Origin: Terriglobia bacterium
GTDB taxonomy: Bacteria > Acidobacteriota > Terriglobia > Terriglobales > Acidobacteriaceae
Direction: 5' to 3'
Length of the DNA stretch: 64,000 nucleotides
Assembly (NCBI GenBank): GCA_963724105.1
Contig: CAVRTD010000002.1
Coordinates: forward strand, 29,650 to 93,649
Position numbers and translations under genes: made by a program
In this document: positions 28,651-39,873 of the stretch, piece by piece
Position numbering within the stretch: position 1 is the stretch's first letter
Layout of the letters: each line of letters starts with the position of its first letter
The notes under the pieces: generated by a model
Told to the model about the DNA's origin: nothing
The model's input: only the letters and a program-made list of their open reading frames with translations
Databases searched by the model: none

Positions 28651-30330
28651 ATGCGTGAAGCAAATAATACCGGAACTATCGGGGCCAACAGATTCGGCCC
28701 GGCAACATTCATTCCTCGGTTGAAGGGTATCTGCACCATAGCGTTCTTCGCACTGATTCTGGCCCCTCTGGGCATTTCGCCTATGCTCGTAGCGCAGACG
28801 CAGAAGGACGAAACCCGCGTTGCCATGCCGGGCCTGGCCAAACCCGTAACGCTGGCGGATGCTTTGCGGGCCACATTGGAATATCATCCTACCCTTCTCA
28901 TACAGCGCCAGGAAGTTACCGTTGCGCAAGCGCAACGGCAAGTGGCGAGCAGCCAGTTTGACTCAACGTTTGGCAGCAATTTCGGCCAGCAAAGTGTAAC
29001 CACGCCGCTTTCCAGGCTTGAGCAAAGCCAGCTGCCTACCGGGATACAGGGAGCAGAGACCAACCAGAATCTGACTGCCTACGGACTCAATATCACAAAG
29101 CAGTTCCGGGACGGAATCTCCATTAATACATTCACCAACATCAATAGGAATATTGACAATCTGACAAATACGTCCGGTCTAAATACTTCACAGACTGGCG
29201 TCCAGTTGGTTTTTCCCTTGCTACAGGGCAGAGGTAGAAATGTTGTCGCTGCTAAAGAGCGAGCGGCGGCAATGGAGGTAGGTTCACGCCAGCTCGATGT
29301 GCGCAGCTTTGCAGAAGACTTGTTGGCGAAGACGGCCGTTAGCTACTGGAATCTGGTCGCTGCCCATGAAAATTTATCCGTCGCCATGGATTCGGAAGGC
29401 CGCAGCAAGGTGCTGCTCGAAACGGTGAACGCATTAATAGAGGCCGACCAGCGTCCTCGTATCGATATGTATGAGGTTAAGGCAACGCTGGCATCACGCA
29501 TCGCTGACCGCATAGCAGCGCAACAGGCGCTGGGACAGGCACGGAAGCAATTGGCGCTGGATATGGGCTTGCCCTCCACTGAGATTCTGACCGTTGGCGA
29601 TCCAGAGGATGATTTCCCCACGGTTAGTAGCGCCATCAAGTCTATTGATGGAGAAGTACTCCAGCAATATATAGACATTGCCCTTCAGAATCGTCCTGAT
29701 GCTATTGCTGCTAAGGAGCGCATCACCCAGGCCAAAGTGCTTTTGTACTCGGCGCAACGCCTCACCAAACCCCAGATCAACTTCCAATTCAGCAGTGGCT
29801 ATACGCAGCTGGCGGAAGGCGGAGCATTCAGTAACTTCCTTGGCTCCTGGTTCTCCACGCTGCACCGCCCTGATATGCAGACAGGCCTGGTCTTCCAGTT
29901 CTCGCGAGGCAACAATCTCGCCCAGGGCCAGAAATTGGAGGCGCAGGCCAAAAGCAGAGAAGCTGAGCTGCAGCTCTCACAACTGCATCGGATAATCACC
30001 GGCAGCGTGGCCATTGCCGCCGAGAGCGTGCAGGATTCCGTTCTTCGGCTGCAGAATCTCCGCGAAGCAGTGGCCGCGTTCGTTAGCACCGTGGAGGGAC
30101 TGCGGGAAAAATACAGGCTCGGTGAAGCTTCGCTCACGGAATTAACGACTGTTGAAGATCGCTTGAATGCCGTGCGTTCAAGCTACGTTCAAGCTGAATT
30201 GGACTATGCGGTTGCTCTTGCCAATCTTCGGCTCGCTACCGGCACATTGCTGCGGAGTACCGATCCACTCGGTGCTGATGCAAGCGTTTTTTCAACATTG
30301 CCTGACGCAGGCCTGGAGACAAAACGCTAA
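28651..30330 (+). CDS. TolC-like outer-membrane factor of the peptide export system
   Basis: The OEP-type repeats begin LADALRATLEYHPTLL. The signal-like segment is ICTIAFFALILAPLGISPMLVAQ. Start set at MREANN (28651); the track start at 28582 is possible. Confidence 0.8.
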   Translation: MREANNTGTIGANRFGPATFIPRLKGICTIAFFALILAPLGISPMLVAQTQKDETRVAMPGLAKPVTLADALRATLEYHPTLLIQRQEVTVAQAQRQVASSQFDSTFGSNFGQQSVTTPLSRLEQSQLPTGIQGAETNQNLTAYGLNITKQFRDGISINTFTNINRNIDNLTNTSGLNTSQTGVQLVFPLLQGRGRNVVAAKERAAAMEVGSRQLDVRSFAEDLLAKTAVSYWNLVAAHENLSVAMDSEGRSKVLLETVNALIEADQRPRIDMYEVKATLASRIADRIAAQQALGQARKQLALDMGLPSTEILTVGDPEDDFPTVSSAIKSIDGEVLQQYIDIALQNRPDAIAAKERITQAKVLLYSAQRLTKPQINFQFSSGYTQLAEGGAFSNFLGSWFSTLHRPDMQTGLVFQFSRGNNLAQGQKLEAQAKSREAELQLSQLHRIITGSVAIAAESVQDSVLRLQNLREAVAAFVSTVEGLREKYRLGEASLTELTTVEDRLNAVRSSYVQAELDYAVALANLRLATGTLLRSTDPLGADASVFSTLPDAGLETKR

Positions 30331-30343
30331 TGGAGGTAGAAGC

Positions 30344-31591
30344 ATGAATATTTTTCGAAAAGTCTCTCTTGACAGGCTTTCATCGCCTGAGCAACTCGAT
30401 GAGCTAATGCACGTGACTAGCCTGCACGGCTGGCTGGCGCTTATGGCGCTGTTATTGCTCGTGATATCTGGAGTGATATGGGGGTTCGAAGGCAGCATTC
30501 CCACCACGGTTTCCGGCGAGGGCGCCATCGTTCGCCAGGGTGGAATCATGAATGTCGTAACTCGAGGGTCAGGACTTCTACTTGAACTCAATGTGCACGT
30601 CGGCGACAGGGTAGCCGCCAATCAGGTCGTGGCTCGCGTTGGACAGCCCGCCATGGTTGAGAAGCTCCAACTCACACGCCAAATGCTGGATAGAGCCAGG
30701 CTTGAGCGCGGAGAATCTCTCGCGCTCCATTCCAATCAGGCGCGTTTGCGGGTGGAAGCCGTGGACCGCCAGCGCCAGAACGATGAACGCCAGATCAAAG
30801 ACCTGCAAGAGCAGGCAAAACTAGCAGCTGAACAAGTCAAGATCACCGATGAATTGTTGACCCGGGGACTGGTCACGCGACAACAAACCATTACAGCGCG
30901 ACAGAACCTCAAGACCATCGAGGGGCAGATTGCGGCCCAGCAGGCAGATATCAAGCAACTGGAGGCGCAACGGTCTGAATTTGCCTCCAAGCCGGGAGAA
31001 ACCGATACGGAAGTACGGAGCCGCATTACCGAACTTGAACACAATCTCATTGAGATGGAAAAAGATCTGGAGCTCAATAGCAGTGTTGTGAGCCCTTACG
31101 CCGGTGAAGTGATCGAACTCAAAGCTTATCCTGGAAGCACGGTTGCGGCGGAAACGCCGGTGCTGAGTATCCAGCCGGAAAATGACAACCTGGAAGTACT
31201 GGCTTACGTGCCGTCATTGCGCGCCAAAGAAATCCGGACACAAATGGAGGCGCAGGTTTCTCCTTCAATTTTCAATCGCGAGGAATACGGTTTCATTCGC
31301 GGGCAGATTGTTCATGCGGCTGATTTTCCATCCACCAAAGCCGCGTTGATGCGGAACTTTGAAAATGAGGCTTTAGTTAGTTCTCTGACTGCCGGTGGAC
31401 CCGTAACTGAAATTACCGTGCGCATGACTCGCGATCCGAAAGCTCCCAGCGGGTTTCGCTGGTCTTCCTCGCAGGGACCGCCGCTACGCCTTTCTGGCGG
31501 GACCTTGTGCACCCTTCAGGTTGTAACGATGAGGCAAAGGCCCATCGCCTTGCTGTTGCCTTTTCTCAAATCCAAGCTGGGAGTTGACTAA
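30344..31591 (+). CDS. HlyD-family secretion protein (NHLM bacteriocin-system type)
   Basis: Start MNIFRKVSLDRLSSPEQLDELM with RBS GGAGG. This N-terminal motif, one TM, a coiled coil and the C-terminal beta-barrel are typical of bacteriocin-export HlyD proteins. Confidence 0.85.
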   Translation: MNIFRKVSLDRLSSPEQLDELMHVTSLHGWLALMALLLLVISGVIWGFEGSIPTTVSGEGAIVRQGGIMNVVTRGSGLLLELNVHVGDRVAANQVVARVGQPAMVEKLQLTRQMLDRARLERGESLALHSNQARLRVEAVDRQRQNDERQIKDLQEQAKLAAEQVKITDELLTRGLVTRQQTITARQNLKTIEGQIAAQQADIKQLEAQRSEFASKPGETDTEVRSRITELEHNLIEMEKDLELNSSVVSPYAGEVIELKAYPGSTVAAETPVLSIQPENDNLEVLAYVPSLRAKEIRTQMEAQVSPSIFNREEYGFIRGQIVHAADFPSTKAALMRNFENEALVSSLTAGGPVTEITVRMTRDPKAPSGFRWSSSQGPPLRLSGGTLCTLQVVTMRQRPIALLLPFLKSKLGVD

Positions 31592-33910
31592 GTGCCTGCC
31601 TTATTCAACGAGTCTTTCTCCGTGCGCAACATCCTTCAGTCGGGGAAAGTGCGGCTGCAGGCATTCAGGCACAAGGTTATTCCGCGTCAATCGGCGAACT
31701 TGCCGGAACCTGAGCCGGGGCAGGCTCCGGCCTCTACTTTCGCAAATACAGCCTTTAAGACCAGCCGCAAGAAAACTCCTACTGTCTTGCAAATGGAGGC
31801 GGTGGAATGCGGAGCCGCGGCGCTCGCCATCATTCTTGGATACTTCGGCCGCTTTGTCCCACTGGAGGAATTGAGAATTAGCTGTGGTGTTTCCCGCGAC
31901 GGCAGCAAGGCTAGCAATGTGGTAAAAGCAGCGCGCACCTATGGACTCGCCGCAAAGGGTTACAAAAAAGAACCGCAGGAATTGCGTGATGTTCCCCTGC
32001 CTGCAATCATCTTCTGGAATTTCAATCATTTTCTTGTACTCGAAGGGTTTGGCAAAAAGAAAATCTACCTGAATGATCCGGGATGCGGCCCCCGAACCGT
32101 GAGCTACCAGGAATTTGACGAAGCATTCACCGGAGTAGTTCTGGCCTTTGAAAAGACGCCTGCGTTCGAGCCTGAGGGACGCAAAGCAAATATCTTCAAA
32201 TTCCTGAAGAGCCGCCTTCCGGGTAGCCGTCTCGCTCTCGCCTATATCATTGTGAGCACTCTGGCGCTGGCCGTGCCCAATTTAGTCATTCCAATTTTTT
32301 CCAAGATATACGTCGATAACTTGCTGATTGGTGAGATGAAGAGCTGGCTGGCGCCGCTCGTCACAATCATGGTACTGGTGGCCCTGCTGAAGGGAACACT
32401 TACGTATTTGCAGCAAAAAGCGCTGCTCCGTCTGGAGATGAAATTATCGCTTGGCGCTTCGGGAAAGTTCTTCTGGCACGTGCTTCGTCTGCCCATGGAT
32501 TTTTTTTCCCAGCGGATGAGCGGCGAAATTTCCCAGCGCGTGGACATCAATGACCAGGTGGCCATTTTGCTTTCCGGTGACGTGGCCACCAACATGGTGA
32601 ACATTTTGCTGATCGGCTTTTATGCTGCACTGATGTTGCGCTATGACGCGGGCCTCACTTTCATCGGCATTGCCATCTCGCTGTTGAATTTAGCTGCTCT
32701 TCGTTACGTCTCTCGCAAAAGAGTGGATAGCAATCGCAAACTGCTGATGGACCAGGGCAGGATGATGGGAACCGCCATGATGGGACTACAGAGCATTGAC
32801 ACCCTCAAAGCAACCGGTGGCGAAGCACACTTTTTTGCCCGCTGGGCCGGGTACCAGGCAAAGGTGGTCAATGGACAGCAGGAGTTAGGTGTCTCATCAG
32901 TATGGCTCTCCGCCGTCCCTCCCTTTTTGACCGCGCTCAATTTCACCGCCGTTCTGGCCATTGGATCCGTTCGAGTGATGAACGGAGTTCTGACTGCTGG
33001 CATGCTGATCGCTTTCCAGAGCTTGATGGGTAGTTTTATTGATCCGGTGAACAAGCTGGTCGATCTTGGCAGCAAACTGCAGGATGCGCACGGCAGCATG
33101 CTGAGACTTGATGACGTTGCTAACTATCAGGCAGATCCGCAGGTCCCGGCGACAGTGAACGCATCCCCGGAGCCGGAAGAAGTTCAGCGCCTGGCCGGAT
33201 ACCTTGAGCTGCGCGGAATAACCTTCGGATACAGCCGGCTTGATCCTCCACTGCTCAAGAACTTTGACATCAGCATTAAGCCCGGTCAAAGAGTGGCCCT
33301 GGTTGGCGGCTCTGGAAGCGGAAAGTCCACAATCGCCAAGATCGCTGCCGGCCTGTATATCCCGTGGGAAGGGGAAATCCTGTTTGACGGTAGAGCGCGC
33401 AACACGCTTCCCAGAACTGTGCTGGCCAATTCCATTGCTGTTGTTGATCAGGACATCTTCTTATTTGAAGGGACACTGCGAGACAACCTCTCCATGTGGG
33501 ATAACACGATCGAAGAGGAATCATTGGTTACCGCGGCCAAAGATGCCTGCATCCATGATGAGATTACCCGTCGTCCTGAGGGATATGACTCCATTGCGAT
33601 GGAAGGGGGAAAGAATTTCTCAGGTGGGCAGCGGCAAAGATTGGAGATTGCCCGGGCGCTGGCTTCTGATCCCAGGATCCTGATTCTGGACGAGGCCACC
33701 AGTGTTTTAGATTCAGAAACTGAAAAAATTATCGATGATCATTTGCGCCGGCGCGGCTGCACTTGCCTGATCGTTGCTCATCGCCTCAGCACTATCCGTG
33801 ATTGCGATGAAATCATCGTTCTCCAACGTGGGCAAGTTGTCCAGCGGGGCACCCACGACGAACTGGTTAAGGCCGGCGGGGCCTATTCCGAACTGATTAA
33901 GGCGGCTTGA
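31592..33910 (+). CDS. C39-peptidase-domain ABC transporter (double-glycine leader cleavage/export)
   Basis: The C39 motif is [21 protein letters not shown] (catalytic Cys), followed by ..NHFLVLEG... A 6-TM domain follows. Walker A is GGSGSGKST, the signature is FSGGQRQR and Walker B is [12 protein letters not shown] start right after the HlyD stop. Confidence 0.9.
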   Translation: MPALFNESFSVRNILQSGKVRLQAFRHKVIPRQSANLPEPEPGQAPASTFANTAFKTSRKKTPTVLQMEAVECGAAALAIILGYFGRFVPLEELRISCGVSRDGSKASNVVKAARTYGLAAKGYKKEPQELRDVPLPAIIFWNFNHFLVLEGFGKKKIYLNDPGCGPRTVSYQEFDEAFTGVVLAFEKTPAFEPEGRKANIFKFLKSRLPGSRLALAYIIVSTLALAVPNLVIPIFSKIYVDNLLIGEMKSWLAPLVTIMVLVALLKGTLTYLQQKALLRLEMKLSLGASGKFFWHVLRLPMDFFSQRMSGEISQRVDINDQVAILLSGDVATNMVNILLIGFYAALMLRYDAGLTFIGIAISLLNLAALRYVSRKRVDSNRKLLMDQGRMMGTAMMGLQSIDTLKATGGEAHFFARWAGYQAKVVNGQQELGVSSVWLSAVPPFLTALNFTAVLAIGSVRVMNGVLTAGMLIAFQSLMGSFIDPVNKLVDLGSKLQDAHGSMLRLDDVANYQADPQVPATVNASPEPEEVQRLAGYLELRGITFGYSRLDPPLLKNFDISIKPGQRVALVGGSGSGKSTIAKIAAGLYIPWEGEILFDGRARNTLPRTVLANSIAVVDQDIFLFEGTLRDNLSMWDNTIEEESLVTAAKDACIHDEITRRPEGYDSIAMEGGKNFSGGQRQRLEIARALASDPRILILDEATSVLDSETEKIIDDHLRRRGCTCLIVAHRLSTIRDCDEIIVLQRGQVVQRGTHDELVKAGGAYSELIKAA

Positions 33911-33912
33911 TT

Positions 33913-36819
33913 ATGGCGAGCGTATCTACCCACACAACAAACGGAAATGGGCGACCGCAGCATGCAGTCCGGGACCGGCACTTCCCTATCCATGACAGTC
34001 GAAAAATCTGGATCGTAACCCGCGGCAAAATTGATGTATTTCTTCAAATCGTCGATGAAGACCACCGGGCAGGTGCCCGGTTCCATGTGATGCGCGCGGA
34101 AGAAGGGCAGGCAATTCTTGGTATCGACCTGAGTGAGAGGCCATACGTCAACTTGATCGCGTGCCCGCATCCCAACTCAGAGTTCTCATGCCGGGCCTTG
34201 GGAGATGTTTTCAATCCGCATCAGGTTGAGAACAATGCACAAGCTTTGGGCCTGCTGGAACAATGGATTGCCAGTCTCTACATAGCGGCGGAAGAAGAGA
34301 TGGTTCCCCGGAACTCGGTGGTCCTGCATCCCGGTGAAACACTTCCCATCACTGACCAGGTCGCGATTGTGCCCGGCGAGCAGCTCGTCTGGGGCAGGCA
34401 TTTAAAAGGTGAATCGCAGTTCCTCGGTCACGATATTGTGGTTGGAGATGGAGAACCCTTCCCCATTTCCAAACAAGGCAGAGGCTGGCTACTGGCGGCC
34501 AAAAACAGCATTCTGGAAGGCCTGGACTTCGCTACGGTGATGCAGGAAGATCCAGGATGGCGCTGGCTGCGAAAATTCCACTCCGCTGCCTTGACCTGTC
34601 TCCTCGTCAACCGCGAACGCCGTGATTCCACGAAGCGACAAGGAATCATAAAACAACAGCAGTCAGACGCCGCATTGATACACAGAAGCCTTCTGGGCCT
34701 GGCCTCTCCTCTGAATAAAGAGGTTGCAGAACGTGCGGGAAATGCCGGCGCCGCGAGCGATCCTTTGCTGCTGGCGTGCCAGAAAATTGGATCTGAGATT
34801 GGAGTAGATTTTCAGAGCGCATCGGGCGACTCACAGGATGGCGATCAGGCGCACGCGGTTGAGATCATTGCCAAGGCAGCCAGTGTTCGTCATCGCCGAG
34901 TGCTCCTGCGCTCCAACTGGTGGCACCAGGAAAATGGCCCTCTGCTGGGGTTTGTACGCGCAACAAGCCGCCCTGTGGCCTTGCTGCCTCGGCGCGGAGG
35001 GTATCAAGCTTACGATCCGGTTGCAGGCACTTCTACACGAATCAAAGATGCATCATGGCTGGAGCCGTTTGGGTACAGCTTTTATCGCCCTTTCCCGCTC
35101 AAAAAATTAGGCAGCCGTGATCTGCTTCTCTTTGCATTCCGAAGCGTGAAAACCGACTTCATGATGATTGTCCTCATGGGAATTGCAGGGGGCCTCGCCA
35201 GCCTTGTCGTGCCGGTTGTAACCGGACTTATCTTTGATTCCGTAATTCCCGGCGCAGACCGTGGGGAGCTGTTTCATCTGACCGGATTTCTGCTGGTAGC
35301 AGCTTTGGCAACGGCACTGTTCTCCCTGGTGCGCAGTTTCGCCGTAATTCGCATGGAAGGCCGCATTGATTCGGTAGCCCAGCCGGCCATGTGGGACCGC
35401 GTGCTCCGTCTCCCAGTTCCCTTCTTTCGCAATTACAGTGCCGGCGATCTTGCCGTAAGAAGTCTGGCGGTCAATCAGATTCGACAGGTCCTTACCAACT
35501 CGACTCTGTCGTCGATTCTTTCCGGCATCTTCTCGGTATTCAGCTTTGCTTTGCTCTTCTATTACAGCTGGAAACTTGCATTATTTGCGACTGCTCTGGT
35601 TGGAGTAGGAGTGGCCGTGTCTATGGTCTGCGCTTATTTGCAACTCCGTTCCCTGCGCCAGATGACACGCATGCGCGGAAAGCTCACCTCAATGGTGCTG
35701 CAATTCATCAATGGCGTAGCCAAGTTCCGGATCTCAGGATCTGAAAAGAGAGCTTTTGCAGCGTGGTCTACGGTGTTCGCAAATCAGAAACGGCTCTATT
35801 TAAACGGACGACGCGCCAGCAATGCCCTGGCAGTATTTCAGTCGGCGTTTCCCATTCTCGCCTTCGCCGTGATTTTCGTGGTAACTTCCGGGAAGGTTGG
35901 CCAATCGACGGATTCTACTCTCTCTACGGGAGCGTTCCTGGCTTTCCTGGTGGCCTTCACGCAACTCCTGAGTTCCACCATGCAGTTGAGTTCGTCTGTG
36001 AGCTCGATTCTGAACGTGGTACCGCTCTACGAGCGAGCGCTGCCAATCCTTCAAACATTGCCAGAGGTGGATGAAAACCAGACCAGCCCGGGTGAGTTAA
36101 AAGGCGGTATTGAGGTAACAAACGTCAGCTTCCGCTATACACCGGACGGACCGCCAACCCTGCACGATGTTTCCTTCAGCATAAAGCCTGGTGAATTCGT
36201 AGCATTTACCGGACCTTCCGGTAGCGGGAAATCCACTTTAGTGCGGCTCCTGCTCGGATTTGAGACGCCGGAATCAGGAACTATTTCCTACGATGGCCAG
36301 GATGTAACCGGTGTTGATATTCAGGCTGTACGCCAGCAAATTGGAGTGGTAATGCAAAGCGGCAGGCTAACCTCCGGCAGCATTCTGGAAAATATCATCG
36401 GCTCGTCACATCTCACTGTGGACCATGCGTGGGCGGCCGCGCGTCTTGCGGGCCTGGATCGCGATATACAAGCCATGCCGATGGGAATGCACACAATGGT
36501 CAGCGACGGAGGTGGCGGTTTTTCCGGAGGCCAGCGCCAGCGTTTGATGATTGCTCGCGCTGTCGCCAGAAAACCTAGAATTCTCTTTTTCGATGAAGCC
36601 ACCAGCGCTCTCGACAATCAGACCCAGGCTATCGTCAGCAATAGTCTGGAAACACTGCAGGCCACTCGTGTAGTCATCGCACACCGTTTAAGCACCATTA
36701 TGAACGCAGACCGGATTTTTGTTTTTGACCGCGGCGGTATCGTGCAATCCGGGAAATACCACGAACTGGCGGAGCAGCCAGGCCTGTTTCGCGATTTAGT
36801 TCGGAGGCAGGTGGCTTAA
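33913..36819 (+). CDS. second ABC transporter ATP-binding/permease protein with ~400-aa N-terminal extension (NHLM ABC2-like)
   Basis: Walker A GPSGSGKST, signature FSGGQRQR, Walker B ILFFDEATS. The N-terminal extension contains a beta-roll-like segment (KIWIVTRGKIDVFLQIVDEDHRAGARFHVMRAEEGQAILGI). A later segment resembles a non-catalytic C39-like domain. Domain calls for the extension are inference. Confidence 0.85.
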   Translation: MASVSTHTTNGNGRPQHAVRDRHFPIHDSRKIWIVTRGKIDVFLQIVDEDHRAGARFHVMRAEEGQAILGIDLSERPYVNLIACPHPNSEFSCRALGDVFNPHQVENNAQALGLLEQWIASLYIAAEEEMVPRNSVVLHPGETLPITDQVAIVPGEQLVWGRHLKGESQFLGHDIVVGDGEPFPISKQGRGWLLAAKNSILEGLDFATVMQEDPGWRWLRKFHSAALTCLLVNRERRDSTKRQGIIKQQQSDAALIHRSLLGLASPLNKEVAERAGNAGAASDPLLLACQKIGSEIGVDFQSASGDSQDGDQAHAVEIIAKAASVRHRRVLLRSNWWHQENGPLLGFVRATSRPVALLPRRGGYQAYDPVAGTSTRIKDASWLEPFGYSFYRPFPLKKLGSRDLLLFAFRSVKTDFMMIVLMGIAGGLASLVVPVVTGLIFDSVIPGADRGELFHLTGFLLVAALATALFSLVRSFAVIRMEGRIDSVAQPAMWDRVLRLPVPFFRNYSAGDLAVRSLAVNQIRQVLTNSTLSSILSGIFSVFSFALLFYYSWKLALFATALVGVGVAVSMVCAYLQLRSLRQMTRMRGKLTSMVLQFINGVAKFRISGSEKRAFAAWSTVFANQKRLYLNGRRASNALAVFQSAFPILAFAVIFVVTSGKVGQSTDSTLSTGAFLAFLVAFTQLLSSTMQLSSSVSSILNVVPLYERALPILQTLPEVDENQTSPGELKGGIEVTNVSFRYTPDGPPTLHDVSFSIKPGEFVAFTGPSGSGKSTLVRLLLGFETPESGTISYDGQDVTGVDIQAVRQQIGVVMQSGRLTSGSILENIIGSSHLTVDHAWAAARLAGLDRDIQAMPMGMHTMVSDGGGGFSGGQRQRLMIARAVARKPRILFFDEATSALDNQTQAIVSNSLETLQATRVVIAHRLSTIMNADRIFVFDRGGIVQSGKYHELAEQPGLFRDLVRRQVA

Positions 36820-37991
36820 TGGATAACCTACTGAAGTTTCGCGCCGAAGTACTAAACTCTTGCGGAGCCAGCAGTTCAGAAACCCAGGAACTCCTTGCCT
36901 ATAGTGATAACCGCTTTGACCACGCAGGGCTGGCGGAGATCGTGTTTCCTCTTGCTGATGAACCTTTTGTGAAATCCTGGAAAGCCTATGGAGAAGAGGT
37001 TACAGCAGCGGGCACTTTCTCAATCCTTGCGAAATACCTCGTCCAGTTACGGTTTCCCATCAGGACAGGCATGAGTCAGGATCCTGATTATCTTGCGGCT
37101 ACCACCAGAGGCACAGGCTTTGCAACGGATGGGCCCCTGGGTCTTCCACTGATCGCACCAGAGAAATGCCACGTTGTCCTGCACCCGACTCCGGCCGGCC
37201 ACATACCATTGTTGATTGCTGAAGAGCGCATGGACTTCGTATTGCTGGTACAGGCACTTGCCAGGCGCAACGAACCGACTCCTATTCCGGCTTCCATGGG
37301 CGCCTGCATGGTCAGCGGCTACAACAACTGGGATCGAGTCTTCCAGGTTGTCCAGAAAGATGGAGCGGCACGATCCCTGAATCCTTCCGATTATCAGGAT
37401 CGTTTTATCATTCTTAGCAAAGGCTACTATAGCGGGGTGGAGCCTGCCGCTATGTCTCTCCAGGAACGCGAGTGGCGTGAACTATCCTTGATCATTCGGC
37501 GAGAACATGAGTCAACGCACTACTTTACGCGGCGGGTATTCTCCTCCATGCGTAATAATTTGCTCGACGAAATCCTCGCTGATTATTGTGGGGTTGTTAC
37601 AGCTACAGGCCGCTTCCTTCCAGACTGGATGCTCCGCTTCTTTGGCCTGGAACATTTTCCGCACTATCGTTCAGGCGCAAGGCTGGAGAACTATAAGGGT
37701 AAACCGGCGCTTTCCGCTGGCGCTTTTTTGGTTTTGCAAAAGCTCGTCAAGCAGGCGATTGACAACCTGGGCGCCATGAATGCCCCGATAGCAAAGAGTG
37801 ACTGGCAAAGCTCTCCATTCCCGCTGCTTGGGTTGCTGGCCTTGTCCAGGTTCACGCTGGAGGAGCTGGCTTCCGGCGACGCGCCCGATCTAATACAGGC
37901 TGAACTCTTGCGCCTGGAAACTGCCGGCATCGGCTCGCGTCGATCCATCAACTACGATCCACACACAACATCATTAGGCCAGGCTGGGTGA
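36819..37991 (+). CDS. unknown protein with HExxH motif, translationally coupled to the ABC2 gene
   Basis: 390 aa. The ATG shares a base with the upstream TAA (TAATG). The sequence REHESTHYFTRRVFSSMRNNLLDEILADY contains HESTH plus a downstream Glu, compatible with a gluzincin-like site. There is no signal peptide or TM. Confidence 0.5.
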   Translation: MDNLLKFRAEVLNSCGASSSETQELLAYSDNRFDHAGLAEIVFPLADEPFVKSWKAYGEEVTAAGTFSILAKYLVQLRFPIRTGMSQDPDYLAATTRGTGFATDGPLGLPLIAPEKCHVVLHPTPAGHIPLLIAEERMDFVLLVQALARRNEPTPIPASMGACMVSGYNNWDRVFQVVQKDGAARSLNPSDYQDRFIILSKGYYSGVEPAAMSLQEREWRELSLIIRREHESTHYFTRRVFSSMRNNLLDEILADYCGVVTATGRFLPDWMLRFFGLEHFPHYRSGARLENYKGKPALSAGAFLVLQKLVKQAIDNLGAMNAPIAKSDWQSSPFPLLGLLALSRFTLEELASGDAPDLIQAELLRLETAGIGSRRSINYDPHTTSLGQAG

Positions 37992-38010
37992 CACACGAAA
38001 GGACAATGTT

Positions 38011-38550
38011 ATGAGAAAAATTTTTTACATCATGGGTATTTTGGAAGACAGTGATATGGATTGGCTTGCCGCACATGGAACGGCGAAGTTTTTGGAGCCG
38101 GGCACTGTGCTGGTGCGTGAAGGTGAGCCCATCGACTCCGTTTACATTCTGCTTGATGGCCATCTATCTGTCATTAGCCAGCGTCTGGACCGGGAAATCG
38201 CGTCTCTTTCTTGCGGAGAAATGCTCGGGGAGATCTCATTTGTCGATTCCCGTCCCCCCTCGGCATCAGTGGTAGCTGGTCGGGAATCCTATGTGCTGGC
38301 TTTGTCACGCGATGTTTTGACTACTAAGTTAGGAGATGATTCAGGTTTTGCAGCCCGCTTTTATCGCGCGGTAGCTACGCTGCTGGCAGATCGCCTGCGC
38401 ACGACTGTGGGCCAATTGGGTTATGACATGCAAAAGCAGACAGCAGACAGTGATTATCTGGACGATGACTGGATGGAAAACATCTCATTCGCAGCGGCCC
38501 GGTTTGATCAGTTGCTCAAGAAATTCGGTTTAGGCCAGCCAGCGGCATAG
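38011..38550 (+). CDS. cyclic-nucleotide-binding domain protein without DNA-binding domain
   Basis: LEPGTVLVREGEPIDSVYILLDGHLSVI...GEMLGEISFVDSRPPSASVVA is a canonical cNMP-binding (CAP_ED) motif. At 179 aa it has no HTH tail. Confidence 0.85.
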   Translation: MRKIFYIMGILEDSDMDWLAAHGTAKFLEPGTVLVREGEPIDSVYILLDGHLSVISQRLDREIASLSCGEMLGEISFVDSRPPSASVVAGRESYVLALSRDVLTTKLGDDSGFAARFYRAVATLLADRLRTTVGQLGYDMQKQTADSDYLDDDWMENISFAAARFDQLLKKFGLGQPAA

Positions 38551-38569
38551 CACACGCGAGCGCGGTGTG
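38551..38569 (+). terminator. GC-rich hairpin directly after the last plus-strand gene (weak terminator candidate, no U-tract)
   Basis: CACACGCG-AG-CGCGGTGTG starts 1 nt after the TAG at 38548-38550, in the 92-bp convergent gap. Confidence 0.3.
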
Positions 38570-38642
38570 ACATCCAAATGGCACTGGAGAATTCGCTGAG
38601 ATTCTGAGGGTGGACTCGATGTGGAATAAATGCGGGGAGCAA

Positions 38643-39872
38643 CTAGCCGAGGATGGCAGGCAGCGCGCTGGCAGGTCTGTCTGGTAAATCGAAACCTGTT
38701 GAAATAGGCATGGAAGGACCTAAGTAGCGCAACGTAAGCACGGTTATATCGTCAGACTGAGGGGCGCCAGCTGAGAACTCACGAATAGACTTCAGAAGTC
38801 CTGCGACCACTTCTTCCAACGGCAAGGTACTCGTTTCCTCTAAAAGAGTCTGCAGGCGCTCACCTGAAAATTCATTCTCTTCCGTGTCAAAAGCTTCCGT
38901 GACGCCATCTGTATAAAGAAAGAGACCCTCGCCCGGTTTTAAGCAGAGCTTTTCTGTAGGGTATGTTGCACCCTCCAAAACTCCTAGGACCGGCCCTCCA
39001 TCGCCGCTGGTAAGTTGGGCATGGCCGGCGAAGAAGCGATAGGGCATACTGTGACCGCCTACGCTGAATTCCAGCTCTCCGGAAACGGTGTTCAGAACTC
39101 CATAGAACATCGTGACGAACATTGCGGGCACATTTTCTCTGCACAACAGCTCATTTACGATGCTCAGGCAATCACCCGGGGAAGAAGATCGACCTGCCGT
39201 GGCGCGCATCAGGGCCCGGGTCGCAGTCATGAACAGGCCTGCCGGGACGCCTTTGCCGGCAACGTCGCCAATCACAAAGCCAATTCTTTCCGCATCGATT
39301 GGAAAGTAGTCATAGAAGTCGCCACCGACCATGCGGGCTGTGATCATCTCCGCGCAAAGCTCCAGGCCGGATCCTTTCATTCCTGGTTGCGAAATCTGTG
39401 GCAGCATTGCGTGCTGAATTCGAGATGCCAGATCAAGCTCACACTCCACCGCCATCAGCTGCTTGTGTGTTCTCGCGGCCTCTTTGATCCGCTGCAGTTC
39501 CCGCACGGTTTTTTGAAGGGTAGATTCGACATCAGTGAAATCAATGGGCTTGGTCAAAAAATCAAAAGCACCGCGGTTCATCGCGGCGCGGATATTCTTG
39601 AGATCGCCATAGGCGGAAACCACAATTGTCTTGAGGGAGCGCGGCATTTCAGTCAAATGCGATAGCAGCGTCAAGCCATCCATCTCCGGCATATTCAGGT
39701 CGCTGAGAACAATTTCAATAGAAGGGTCTTCCCGCAGGGCTTCTACGGCGTTGCGCCCGTTGCTGGCAAAGCGGAACTCAAACTCTTTGCTTTCAATCTG
39801 CCGCCGAAACTTTCTCCTGACAAGAACTTCCAGGTCAGTTTCATCGTCCACAACAAGTATTCGAACTGGCAT
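38643..39872 (-). CDS. response regulator with PP2C/SpoIIE-type phosphatase output
   Basis: Start [11 protein letters not shown] (RBS AGGAG; the ATG lies 1 nt after the upstream TGA). REC motifs are present (..[12 protein letters not shown]..). The PP2C part reads GGDFYDYF...[17 protein letters not shown]...DGVTEA...DDITVL. Confidence 0.85.
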   Translation of the reverse strand: MPVRILVVDDETDLEVLVRRKFRRQIESKEFEFRFASNGRNAVEALREDPSIEIVLSDLNMPEMDGLTLLSHLTEMPRSLKTIVVSAYGDLKNIRAAMNRGAFDFLTKPIDFTDVESTLQKTVRELQRIKEAARTHKQLMAVECELDLASRIQHAMLPQISQPGMKGSGLELCAEMITARMVGGDFYDYFPIDAERIGFVIGDVAGKGVPAGLFMTATRALMRATAGRSSSPGDCLSIVNELLCRENVPAMFVTMFYGVLNTVSGELEFSVGGHSMPYRFFAGHAQLTSGDGGPVLGVLEGATYPTEKLCLKPGEGLFLYTDGVTEAFDTEENEFSGERLQTLLEETSTLPLEEVVAGLLKSIREFSAGAPQSDDITVLTLRYLGPSMPISTGFDLPDRPASALPAILG

Positions 39873-39873
39873 C

